DNA of 53,263 bases from Bacteroidota bacterium (GCA_046314695.1 JBKDBI010000464.1:1-53263); one strand, 5' to 3'; positions 41,109-48,734 are shown, counted from the stretch's first letter. Translations and numbers: made by a program. The notes: generated by a model from the letters alone, not told the origin.

Positions 41109-42512
41109 TCACTCCTGCCCATCCGCCTTCATCGCCAGCCCCACATAGAACATCCGCCCGTTCACCTTCCTCCTACCCAGTGCCCAACTGGTTGTCTTCA
41201 TGAACCCCTTGTGGAACCTGTTCTCGCTCATGACAGGCCCCCTCTCCCTCCTGAACACCTCCCACATCGTCGCAGCGGCCACCATCCCGCTCCCCACCTT
41301 CACAAACCACTGGCACAGGAAGTCATCCGCCTCATTCACCTCCCTCTGGAAATCCTCTACCTCCTCGCGTCCCAGCTCCACGTCAAACTTCTTCGCACTG
41401 TCCGGCTCCCTCAGCACCCGCCCCAACGCCTCCACCGCCTTCCTCGCCACCCCCGCCAGCTCCGCCTCCAGCTTCTCTTCCAGCCCCGGATCTTCTTTGC
41501 CCGCCCAACTCCTGTTGAACGGCAGCACCCTCAGCTTGCTGCTGATGGCCCTCGCATGGTCCGGCAAGTTAGGGATCGTGTTGCCGACCATCAGCACAGT
41601 CGCATTGATCTGCGTCCGCACCGGCAACTGCCACTTCCCATTGAGCGTCAGCACGTCCCGTCCCACCACCTTCTTCACCACGCTACCTGCCGTCTCTGCT
41701 TGACTCTTCCCGAGCTTGCTCACCTCCTCAACCACGATCACTCCCGCCACCTGCGCACCCCACAACCCATACTCGCTCGTCAGACTCTTCACGTCCGTCA
41801 TAAACGCCCCCGCTCCCTTCAGCTTCTTCACCAACCTGCTCGTCACCCCCTTCCCTCCTCTCGTCAGACCCTCCAGCACCCCAATAACCCCTAACCTCCG
41901 CTCATTCCCCACTGCCAGTCCCATCAGCCTCCACCACATCTCCACCCACCTCTCCTGCCCCTCACCCCACTCACTCACCGTCCGATCCATCAGGGGGCAT
42001 TCCGCTCGTCCACTGGCCCACGCCACCGGCAGCACACCGACATCCACCCAATCCTGAGTCCGCTCCCACGTCTCCCCCGTCCTCGCATTGACCACCACAT
42101 CCTCAAACCCTACACACTCCCACTCTTCCACACCCTGCGGCTTCCTCAGCCACACCGGCAGCGTCTCCGCCTTGAACAAGCTGAAGCCCTTGACGGCATC
42201 CATCACATCGTCCACCATCCGCTTATCAACCCTCACCCGCGTCGTCACCGTGGTCATCTCATCCTCTTGCTCCTCAGTCACGCACACACTCAGAAACTCC
42301 CACAACGCAGCCCTCATCTCCGTCTCGTTCACCCCCACCTCCCACCTTCCCACACCCGGACTCGTCTCGCGCCACATCAGCCACGTACCCTTCCACCACA
42401 ACAGCCCCCGCTTGCTCGCCGTGCAACCCCACACCACAGCCATCGCCCGCCTCGCCAGATCCGCTGGTGCATCGCTCTCAACCACAACCCTGACTGGTGC
42501 TGACCCGGACAT
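41109..42512 (-). CDS. D5/P4-type SF3 replicative helicase (primase-helicase C-terminal NTPase)
   Basis: ATG 42512 with a GAAGGA SD. Walker A VLEGLTRGGKGVTS, Walker B AGVIVVEEVS, motif C LMVGNTIPNLPD. It is encoded on the purine-rich strand, unlike all its neighbours. Confidence 0.7.
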   Translation of the reverse strand: MSGSAPVRVVVESDAPADLARRAMAVVWGCTASKRGLLWWKGTWLMWRETSPGVGRWEVGVNETEMRAALWEFLSVCVTEEQEDEMTTVTTRVRVDKRMVDDVMDAVKGFSLFKAETLPVWLRKPQGVEEWECVGFEDVVVNARTGETWERTQDWVDVGVLPVAWASGRAECPLMDRTVSEWGEGQERWVEMWWRLMGLAVGNERRLGVIGVLEGLTRGGKGVTSRLVKKLKGAGAFMTDVKSLTSEYGLWGAQVAGVIVVEEVSKLGKSQAETAGSVVKKVVGRDVLTLNGKWQLPVRTQINATVLMVGNTIPNLPDHARAISSKLRVLPFNRSWAGKEDPGLEEKLEAELAGVARKAVEALGRVLREPDSAKKFDVELGREEVEDFQREVNEADDFLCQWFVKVGSGMVAAATMWEVFRRERGPVMSENRFHKGFMKTTSWALGRRKVNGRMFYVGLAMKADGQE

Positions 42513-42556
42513 CGTGCTATCCTTCTCTGGACCCTCTGGCCCTTTGGAGTTCCCGC

Positions 42557-43012
42557 ATGAAACCCACGATCGGCACACTGTCCGACCGCTCCTTCAACAA
42601 CTACCTCTCAATCCTCGAAGGCTCGTCCAAACTCTCCCCCGCCACCCAGCTCTCCATCCTGCACTCCATGCGGCACAACTTCCGTGCCCAAGACTTCGCA
42701 GCCATCACCCAAGACATCGCCCAGAAGGCCAAAGCCACCGGGAGCAACCGGAGCAGCCGCGACATCCTCATGACCCCCACTCAAGGTGTGGGCCGAGGCC
42801 GCTCTTCATCTTCAGTTGTGCCTGTTGCGACCGCCGCAAGGAGAGCTTCAACTCAATCCGTTATGCCAGTTCAAAAGCCTGTGCGCGGTGGTCGCCAACT
42901 TGATCCCACCATCCTATCATCTCGTACCGCCGCCATCAACCCCCTGTCCGATTTCCCCCTCACGCTCGGCTCAGCCAATGCCCCCCTCGTCTTCACGCCC
43001 CCCGTCCTCTGA
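42557..43012 (+). CDS. First gene of the rightward arm, hypothetical (151 aa)
   Basis: GGAG lies 8 nt before ATG 42557 (MKPTIGTLSDRSF). It is divergent from the helicase start, only 44 bp away. Confidence 0.45.
   Translation: MKPTIGTLSDRSFNNYLSILEGSSKLSPATQLSILHSMRHNFRAQDFAAITQDIAQKAKATGSNRSSRDILMTPTQGVGRGRSSSSVVPVATAARRASTQSVMPVQKPVRGGRQLDPTILSSRTAAINPLSDFPLTLGSANAPLVFTPPVL
42774..42788 (+). repeat. Signature motif copy (plus strand)
   Basis: CCCCCACTCAAGGTG, read as TPTQGV in 42557..43012. Confidence 0.95.
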
Positions 43013-43027
43013 CCCTCCCCCTCCCAA

Positions 43028-43044
43028 CGCCTTGAGTGGGGGGG
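43028..43044 (-). repeat. Signature motif copy (CCCCCCCACTCAAGGCG, minus strand)
   Basis: Lies 15 nt after the TGA of 42557..43012. It is convergent with 42774, with 239 nt between them. Confidence 0.9.
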
Positions 43045-43052
43045 ATGACTCG

Positions 43053-43877
43053 GTGCATTATGCACCGCCCGGTGTCTACCATCGCAACGCCAAAGACCCC
43101 TCCGCCTTCACGACCCAGACCGACTCGCCTGTCGCGGACTACGTGTCGTTTGGGCCGGGCCTCCGCTTCTACTCGCTCCGCTATCTGCACCGCACGCTCG
43201 CACCGACGGGCTTCACTGTGGAAGCCCTCGCCCACCTCTGCACCCTCTACGGAGTTCCCCTTGTCTACTTTCACCCAAGACACGCCTTCGTTGAGTTCGA
43301 CACCTTCAAGCTCGTACTTCGATCACTCGTTGCTCCGGGGGGTCACGGCATCCCAGCATCCCTCCCCGACGTTGCCCCTTCATCTCACTTCGACCGTCTA
43401 CGCGACACTGCCCGACTTCTCGTCAGTGAGCTGTACGCTCTTCGCAAGCTCAACCAGCTCCCCGCGCCCGCTGACCTGAAAGCCTCGCTTGACACCGCAG
43501 CCTCCACACTCGCTCTTCACGCCATGCAGATTCGAGATGTGGCAACCTTCGAGCGAGCGATGCAGGCTCGCAAGCAGGCGGCTATACTCTTCGAGGACGA
43601 GCCCGAGTCGATAACGACCTACTTCGATGTGGATGAGGAGGCCCAGCAGTGCCACCCGAACTTTCAGGACAATTGCCCCAGCTCCCCCGGCCTCGCCGAA
43701 ACGCTGTGGTCCATTCCAGCGGAGCAGAAGTCGCAGCCTCCTTCTTCAACCCCGACGGGTTCGGAACGTCGTGCGTCGAAAACGGCTTCGACCAAGCGGA
43801 ACTCGTCAATACGCTCATCACCCACGTCCGCTCCCCCGACCCCGCCGTCTCTCTCCGAGCCATCCCCCTCTTCCTGA
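43053..43877 (+). CDS. Hypothetical protein (about 274 aa); start uncertain
   Basis: The frame of track ORF 42786..43877 becomes protein-like from DDSVHYAPPGVYHRN. GTG 43053 follows GGGGGGA. TTG 43032 is also possible. Confidence 0.4.
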   Translation: MHYAPPGVYHRNAKDPSAFTTQTDSPVADYVSFGPGLRFYSLRYLHRTLAPTGFTVEALAHLCTLYGVPLVYFHPRHAFVEFDTFKLVLRSLVAPGGHGIPASLPDVAPSSHFDRLRDTARLLVSELYALRKLNQLPAPADLKASLDTAASTLALHAMQIRDVATFERAMQARKQAAILFEDEPESITTYFDVDEEAQQCHPNFQDNCPSSPGLAETLWSIPAEQKSQPPSSTPTGSERRASKTASTKRNSSIRSSPTSAPPTPPSLSEPSPSS

Positions 43878-44134
43878 GCACCGCCGCTAAGTCGCTTGAG
43901 GCCGCTGGTGCCGTCAAGCAGGCCACCCAAACCACACGCACCCCAGACGGTCGTGTCACCACTCTCACCGCTACCCGCATCATTTTGGAGTCTCCTGATG
44001 TCGATCAGCAACGCGACCCTCAATGCGAACGCAACCTCCTTCCAGCCTCATTCGGGTCCGCCGACTTGGCTGCCCCATCAGCAGAGGCTCTTCAGCGACA
44101 TCCGCAAAGTGATTCTTCAGAACGAACCGCGTGA
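43649..44134 (+). CDS. Hypothetical ORF (161 aa), overlaps both neighbours
   Basis: The middle part (FNPDGFGTSCVENGFDQAELVNTLITHVRSPDP...) looks protein-like. The start is uncertain. Confidence 0.3.
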   Translation: MPPELSGQLPQLPRPRRNAVVHSSGAEVAASFFNPDGFGTSCVENGFDQAELVNTLITHVRSPDPAVSLRAIPLFLSTAAKSLEAAGAVKQATQTTRTPDGRVTTLTATRIILESPDVDQQRDPQCERNLLPASFGSADLAAPSAEALQRHPQSDSSERTA

Positions 44135-44678
44135 CTGCTTTACGTGGTTGTTGCGTGGTTTCAAGAGCCTTGGTCTCATGAATCCGTGCAACCGCTCCTC
44201 TCACAACGACGTGTACTGGGGCGGTCTCTTCATGAAGGTCGTCGATCTGTGGACCGCTCAGGCATTGCCGCTTGAGTGGCAGATCCCCATCAACGAAGCC
44301 GTCTGTGAGTCGCAGATCGACGAAGCCTGCACGTTCCTTGGCAAGTGCCACGTTATGGTGGCGATGGCCGCGTACGCCATCCACGTCAATCCCAACCTTC
44401 TTGCCACGTCGGAGTCCGTGTCATGCCGCCCGCAGTCGTCCAAGTCTCACGGCTCAACAATCCCTACTACCCACTCCCCGCTGACTACCCCGAGCTTGAC
44501 GACGACGGACAGCGGCTCGCCCGAGTCAACGCCTGCCGTCAGTGGCTCGTCCACGCAGCCGACCCTACCGTCCAGTCTGACCTCTACGCAGCCTCAGTCA
44601 ACTTCTTCAACCGCTACTACCTCTACCCCGACCCCGCCGACGACTTCGATCCGTCGTTCTACCAAAACGGCCTCGTAA
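43998..44678 (+). CDS. Hypothetical protein directly upstream of the large terminase (small-terminase position)
   Basis: GGAG lies 9 nt before ATG 43998 (MSISNATLNANA). The frame stays open 255 nt into the terminase gene as a Ser/Thr/Pro tail. The call rests on position only. Confidence 0.35.
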   Translation: MSISNATLNANATSFQPHSGPPTWLPHQQRLFSDIRKVILQNEPRDCFTWLLRGFKSLGLMNPCNRSSHNDVYWGGLFMKVVDLWTAQALPLEWQIPINEAVCESQIDEACTFLGKCHVMVAMAAYAIHVNPNLLATSESVSCRPQSSKSHGSTIPTTHSPLTTPSLTTTDSGSPESTPAVSGSSTQPTLPSSLTSTQPQSTSSTATTSTPTPPTTSIRRSTKTAS

Positions 44679-46444
44679 AGTCCGCTCCGGCCCACTTCAG
44701 TCTGCTGCGTGTGTGGGGCCGCTCCACCTTTCGCCCCTCTGCGTTCGATCGCCGCCACTACTCGCAGGAGGCAGCATCCATCATTGTGTGCCCGCGTGGC
44801 TTCTCGAAGTCCACGCAGGTTCGCATCACCAACTTGATGCACTGCCTCACATACCCCGGCTGGTCCAACACCTACTACACCAGCAGCAACGACAACGCCA
44901 TCGACAACGGCATTCGCATCAAGGCTCAGTGTACCGAGAATCGTCGCATTTTCGACGACTTCACTCCGCTGCCTGAGTTTGGCGGTCGCATCCAACCCAA
45001 ACGCGGCGAGCGTCCTTGGGGTGACGCGTTCTTCTTCCTGACCAACGGTTCCAACGTCCGCTCCGGCTCTGTCGAGTCGCGGATGCGTGGTCGTCGTCCC
45101 ATTTCCATCGACATCGACGACGCTGAGTACGAGGGCACTTCCTCCACTTCCATGTACGATCGTCGTGCCAACTTCGAGGACATGCTCTTCTCGCGTGTCC
45201 TGCCCATGATCCAGATCCCCGGCGCATTCATCCGCTGGATTGCCACCTTCATCTCCCGCCGCCACTACGCCTGGCGCGCGATGCAGACGATCGAATCGCC
45301 CAACGGCCCACTCGCTCTCGACTCCCGTTTCAACTACTGGAACCGGCTTGTCATCCGTGCCGCCTACAACGATGATGCGGGCAACCTCGTGTCGGCATGG
45401 CCTGACATGTGGCCCGTCTCTGAGGCCGACATCCTCGCCAACCCCGAGCTGCGTGGCCGCTTCTCACTTGAGCGCATCCGAGCCACGATCGGCACTCCCT
45501 CATTCGAGGCCGAGTACATGGCACGGCCCGGTACCGGCTCCCGTGCCTTCTTCCCCTCCCTCACTGAAACCCAATCGCCACTCTCTTACTGGTTCTCGGC
45601 CATTGACGGTAAACTTCAGACCGACCCTCGCGGCTCGCTCACTCGCGTCCACACCATCCGCGACGGCACCGAGCATTCGATGACGCTGACCAACCTGTTG
45701 GCGACCAGCCGCCTCTTCATGACGGTCGATCACGCCTACACCGAGAACGCCAACTCGGACTTCAAGGTGTGCTGCTTGATGGCGCATACCCCGCTCAACG
45801 AGTTGTACGTCCTCGACCTCTACTGCGGCAAGCCCTCACTCGACAAGTTCTGCGTCGAGATCCTTGCTATGGCCAAGAAGTGGGGCTGTCGCTCCATCCA
45901 CGTTGAAGCGATCAAGGAGTCGCTGGTTCTCTACAACCAGCTCCGCTCCCTCGTCAACGTCTACAGCCGCACCTCCACTTCCGACCTCGGCTCGCTGCCT
46001 GCCATCCACAAACTCAGCGGTATGGGCACCGCCTCCAAAAACGCCAAGATCTCGACGCTCCAACACCGCTTCAACCACAACCTCATCAAGCTTCCCGTCT
46101 TCTATCGCAGCCAGCCCAACTGGTCCATGCTCTTTGAGCAGCTCGACGGCTTCAACCCTGAGCGAGACGACGGCGGGCTGGAACACGACGACGCACTCGA
46201 TGCAGTGTCGATGTCCTCATTCGTCATCAAGTCGGGTGTTCGTGCTCTTCGTCCCGCTGATGCACCCGAAGCGATCGACCTCACCAAGATGGTTCAGCAG
46301 GGGCGTATGCTTCACCCCAAGACCGGACTCCCCCTCATCTCGTCACTCGATCAAGTGACCCCGGAGATATTCGATGCTGTTCTCACAAACGCCGCCAAAC
46401 GCTACAAGCCCAACTCCTCCCGCGTTGGAGACGCTCTCGTCTAA
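44423..46444 (+). CDS. terL: Terminase large subunit
   Basis: ATG 44423 (MPPAVVQVSRL). Walker A-like VCPRGFSKST and Walker B ISIDIDDAEY. RNase H-like nuclease acidic residues MTVDHAYTE and LEHDDALDA. Confidence 0.75.
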   Translation: MPPAVVQVSRLNNPYYPLPADYPELDDDGQRLARVNACRQWLVHAADPTVQSDLYAASVNFFNRYYLYPDPADDFDPSFYQNGLVKSAPAHFSLLRVWGRSTFRPSAFDRRHYSQEAASIIVCPRGFSKSTQVRITNLMHCLTYPGWSNTYYTSSNDNAIDNGIRIKAQCTENRRIFDDFTPLPEFGGRIQPKRGERPWGDAFFFLTNGSNVRSGSVESRMRGRRPISIDIDDAEYEGTSSTSMYDRRANFEDMLFSRVLPMIQIPGAFIRWIATFISRRHYAWRAMQTIESPNGPLALDSRFNYWNRLVIRAAYNDDAGNLVSAWPDMWPVSEADILANPELRGRFSLERIRATIGTPSFEAEYMARPGTGSRAFFPSLTETQSPLSYWFSAIDGKLQTDPRGSLTRVHTIRDGTEHSMTLTNLLATSRLFMTVDHAYTENANSDFKVCCLMAHTPLNELYVLDLYCGKPSLDKFCVEILAMAKKWGCRSIHVEAIKESLVLYNQLRSLVNVYSRTSTSDLGSLPAIHKLSGMGTASKNAKISTLQHRFNHNLIKLPVFYRSQPNWSMLFEQLDGFNPERDDGGLEHDDALDAVSMSSFVIKSGVRALRPADAPEAIDLTKMVQQGRMLHPKTGLPLISSLDQVTPEIFDAVLTNAAKRYKPNSSRVGDALV

Positions 46445-46661
46445 CCAACCGACTATCCACCCCTCGCACGTCGTCATCCCCCTCTCTCTCTTCCGACTGC
46501 TTGCCGAAGCCTACTACCGAGGGCAGCCCCCCACTCAAGGTGCAGGGACAGGAGCGAGGAAGCCGGAAGATGCGGACTGGCTGCGAGCATATAGTGAGCA
46601 ACGGAGCCAGAACCCGATGCTGTGGCAGGATGCGGATGAAGGCGGAGCGGATCAAGAGTGA
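46374..46661 (+). CDS. Possible small ORF between terminase and portal (95 aa)
   Basis: The only start (ATG 46374) lies 71 nt inside terL. It contains a motif copy read as PPTQG. Confidence 0.25.
   Translation: MLFSQTPPNATSPTPPALETLSSNQPTIHPSHVVIPLSLFRLLAEAYYRGQPPTQGAGTGARKPEDADWLRAYSEQRSQNPMLWQDADEGGADQE
46527..46542 (+). repeat. Signature motif copy (plus strand)
   Basis: Perfect copy 140 nt upstream of the portal ATG. Confidence 0.95.
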
Positions 46662-46682
46662 TCGGATTAGCTGGGAGCGAGT

Positions 46683-48686
46683 ATGCACGTTGCGTTGCCT
46701 GACAACCCGGAAGCCCTCGCAGCCCTCATCGAGGAGCATGTGCAGCAGCAGCTCACGGCGTTCTCGTACCGTCGTCTCATCTGGAATCTGGTTTACCACT
46801 ACCTGAACGGGTGCCGCCGCTTCGACGTGTTCGATCCCAAGTCGAACACGATCAGGCCCTACGAGCTGGACGAGCAGGGCCGGTTGGAGTTGCAGGGACC
46901 GGAAGTCGTCCGCAAGATCGACCAAGTGACCGGACTGCTTGCCTCTCTTGACTTCAGGCCGAGGGTGGGTCGCACAGGTTCGTCGCTGCGGTCGATGCGT
47001 GAACGAGCCGGCGCACAGGTGATCGTGGACAACATCATCAACGACAACACCATCAGGCCGTTCAAGGTGATGGCCGCGCACGTGCTCGCCTCGCTGGGAT
47101 GTGTGGGCATTCAGGGTCACGTCAAGGACTTGCCGGTCGTGGGGCTCACGGGTCATCTTGAGGTGATTCACCCCCGCGAGTTGCTGCCGTTCCCTGCCGC
47201 CACGACCGACTACACCAAGCAGCAGTCGTTCATCCGCATCCAAGCGTTTCCCCTGAAGATGCTCGAAGAGAAGCTCGACCGAAAGCTGACGGAGAAGGAG
47301 CTTCAGGGCTGCAAGAAGTACAGAAGGCGAATCGGCGACACGCTCGCACCCGATCACCACGAAGCCAACTCCTATCCGCACTCGCCCAGCCGCTCAAGCG
47401 GAAGCACCTTGAGTGGGGGGTCGGGCAAGGCGCGAGATGAGATGTTTGAGGATGTGATTCTTACGCGGCAGTTGTGGAACATCGGGCACGGCGGGTTGGT
47501 CCATGACTTTGTAGTCAGCAGTGGGCGATCCATTCTGCTGCATCAGAAGGCAGAGGGCGTGCCGCTCTATCCCAGCATCGGCATCGCACGGTTCATCGAG
47601 AACGGGTCGTTCTACGGTATCGGTGCGTTTGACATCGTGTTTCACTACGCGAGGTCGCTGGAGAAGATGGTCAAGCTGATGTTGCAGAACATCAGCGACA
47701 TGGACTCGTTTGGGTGCGTGGTGTTGCCGCAGACGATGGACGCGAATGCCACGCTCAAGCAGGTGGGTCCGGGGCTCAAGGCGTTGTTCCATTCGCCCGA
47801 TCCCTCCCTTTACGAGTCGAACTTCAGACCGTTCCCCATCACGCCGTTCAACACGGGAGACGCGGCAGGTCGAGGTGCGGCGTTTATTCAGGGGCTCATG
47901 CAGACGGTCGATCCGTATCCTGACTTGGCCAGAGAGAAGGGTCGAGTGGAGAGTGCAGCTGGGTTGCGGATGCTGGACGACAAGTTGAAGTCGGGCACTG
48001 TGACGGGCACGACCAATCTGACGGCGGCTTGTGCGGTCGTGTATCGCTCGATGCTTATTGATGCTGCGAGCATGTTGTTGACTAGTCCGCGACCGATCCC
48101 GGTGTCGAGGTTGACGCTTGATCTGGCGGGTGTGAGCATTGACACGGACACCATGCAGGTGCAGTTCAATGACAACCCGCTGCCCAACGTCAATCTGTTG
48201 ACGGTGGACCTGACTGAGGGTTCTCCCCAGAATCCGCTGGTGGCCAAGATGGAGGCGGTTGAGCTATTGAAGCTCGGGGTGAACACGCCTGAGTCGTTCA
48301 AGCGGTACTGCATCAAGCAGGGCATCGACTTGGCTGCGGACATCGACGGTGAAAAGGCGGCACAGGAGACAGCGGTGATCCGCATCCTGACCATTTTCAA
48401 CGATGGCAAGTCGCCGGGCGAGGTGGTGCTGACGCAGTACAACACGCGGCCCGATGTGGAATTGGCGTTGCTCAGTGACTTCTTGCCGAGTCCCGTCGTG
48501 CAGTTTGCGTCACCCGATGTGCAGAACGCGCTGGGTGATTATCGAGATGCGCTGATTCAGTTCTCGGGTCGAACGCTGCCTGAAGCGGTGCCTAGCCCGG
48601 TGGACATGGCGACGCTCAATCAGGGTCCGATGAATCCGCTACAATCGGCTGGCGGGGCCGTGGGTGCTCCGCCGATGCAGATGTGA
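46683..48686 (+). CDS. Portal protein (by position and size, 667 aa)
   Basis: GGGAG lies 6 nt before ATG 46683. It sits between terL and the scaffold/capsid genes. No motif verified by eye. Confidence 0.55.
   Translation: MHVALPDNPEALAALIEEHVQQQLTAFSYRRLIWNLVYHYLNGCRRFDVFDPKSNTIRPYELDEQGRLELQGPEVVRKIDQVTGLLASLDFRPRVGRTGSSLRSMRERAGAQVIVDNIINDNTIRPFKVMAAHVLASLGCVGIQGHVKDLPVVGLTGHLEVIHPRELLPFPAATTDYTKQQSFIRIQAFPLKMLEEKLDRKLTEKELQGCKKYRRRIGDTLAPDHHEANSYPHSPSRSSGSTLSGGSGKARDEMFEDVILTRQLWNIGHGGLVHDFVVSSGRSILLHQKAEGVPLYPSIGIARFIENGSFYGIGAFDIVFHYARSLEKMVKLMLQNISDMDSFGCVVLPQTMDANATLKQVGPGLKALFHSPDPSLYESNFRPFPITPFNTGDAAGRGAAFIQGLMQTVDPYPDLAREKGRVESAAGLRMLDDKLKSGTVTGTTNLTAACAVVYRSMLIDAASMLLTSPRPIPVSRLTLDLAGVSIDTDTMQVQFNDNPLPNVNLLTVDLTEGSPQNPLVAKMEAVELLKLGVNTPESFKRYCIKQGIDLAADIDGEKAAQETAVIRILTIFNDGKSPGEVVLTQYNTRPDVELALLSDFLPSPVVQFASPDVQNALGDYRDALIQFSGRTLPEAVPSPVDMATLNQGPMNPLQSAGGAVGAPPMQM
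47405..47420 (-). repeat. Signature motif copy (minus strand) inside the portal gene
   Basis: Perfect copy, antisense to the gene, read as STLSGGS within the Ser/Gly-rich loop HSPSRSSGSTLSGGSGKARDE. Confidence 0.95.
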
Positions 48687-48734
48687 CCGTCCCTTCCCCC
48701 CATGTGAGCTACGCAAGTAGCCTGAAAGTGAACC

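Noticed and set aside
43036-43479. An ORF beginning at GTG 43036 / ATG 43045, right after the motif G-run
   Set aside because: Its product is Ser/Thr/Pro/Arg low-complexity throughout, whereas the overlapping frame (43053..43877) is protein-like. It was probably not translated.
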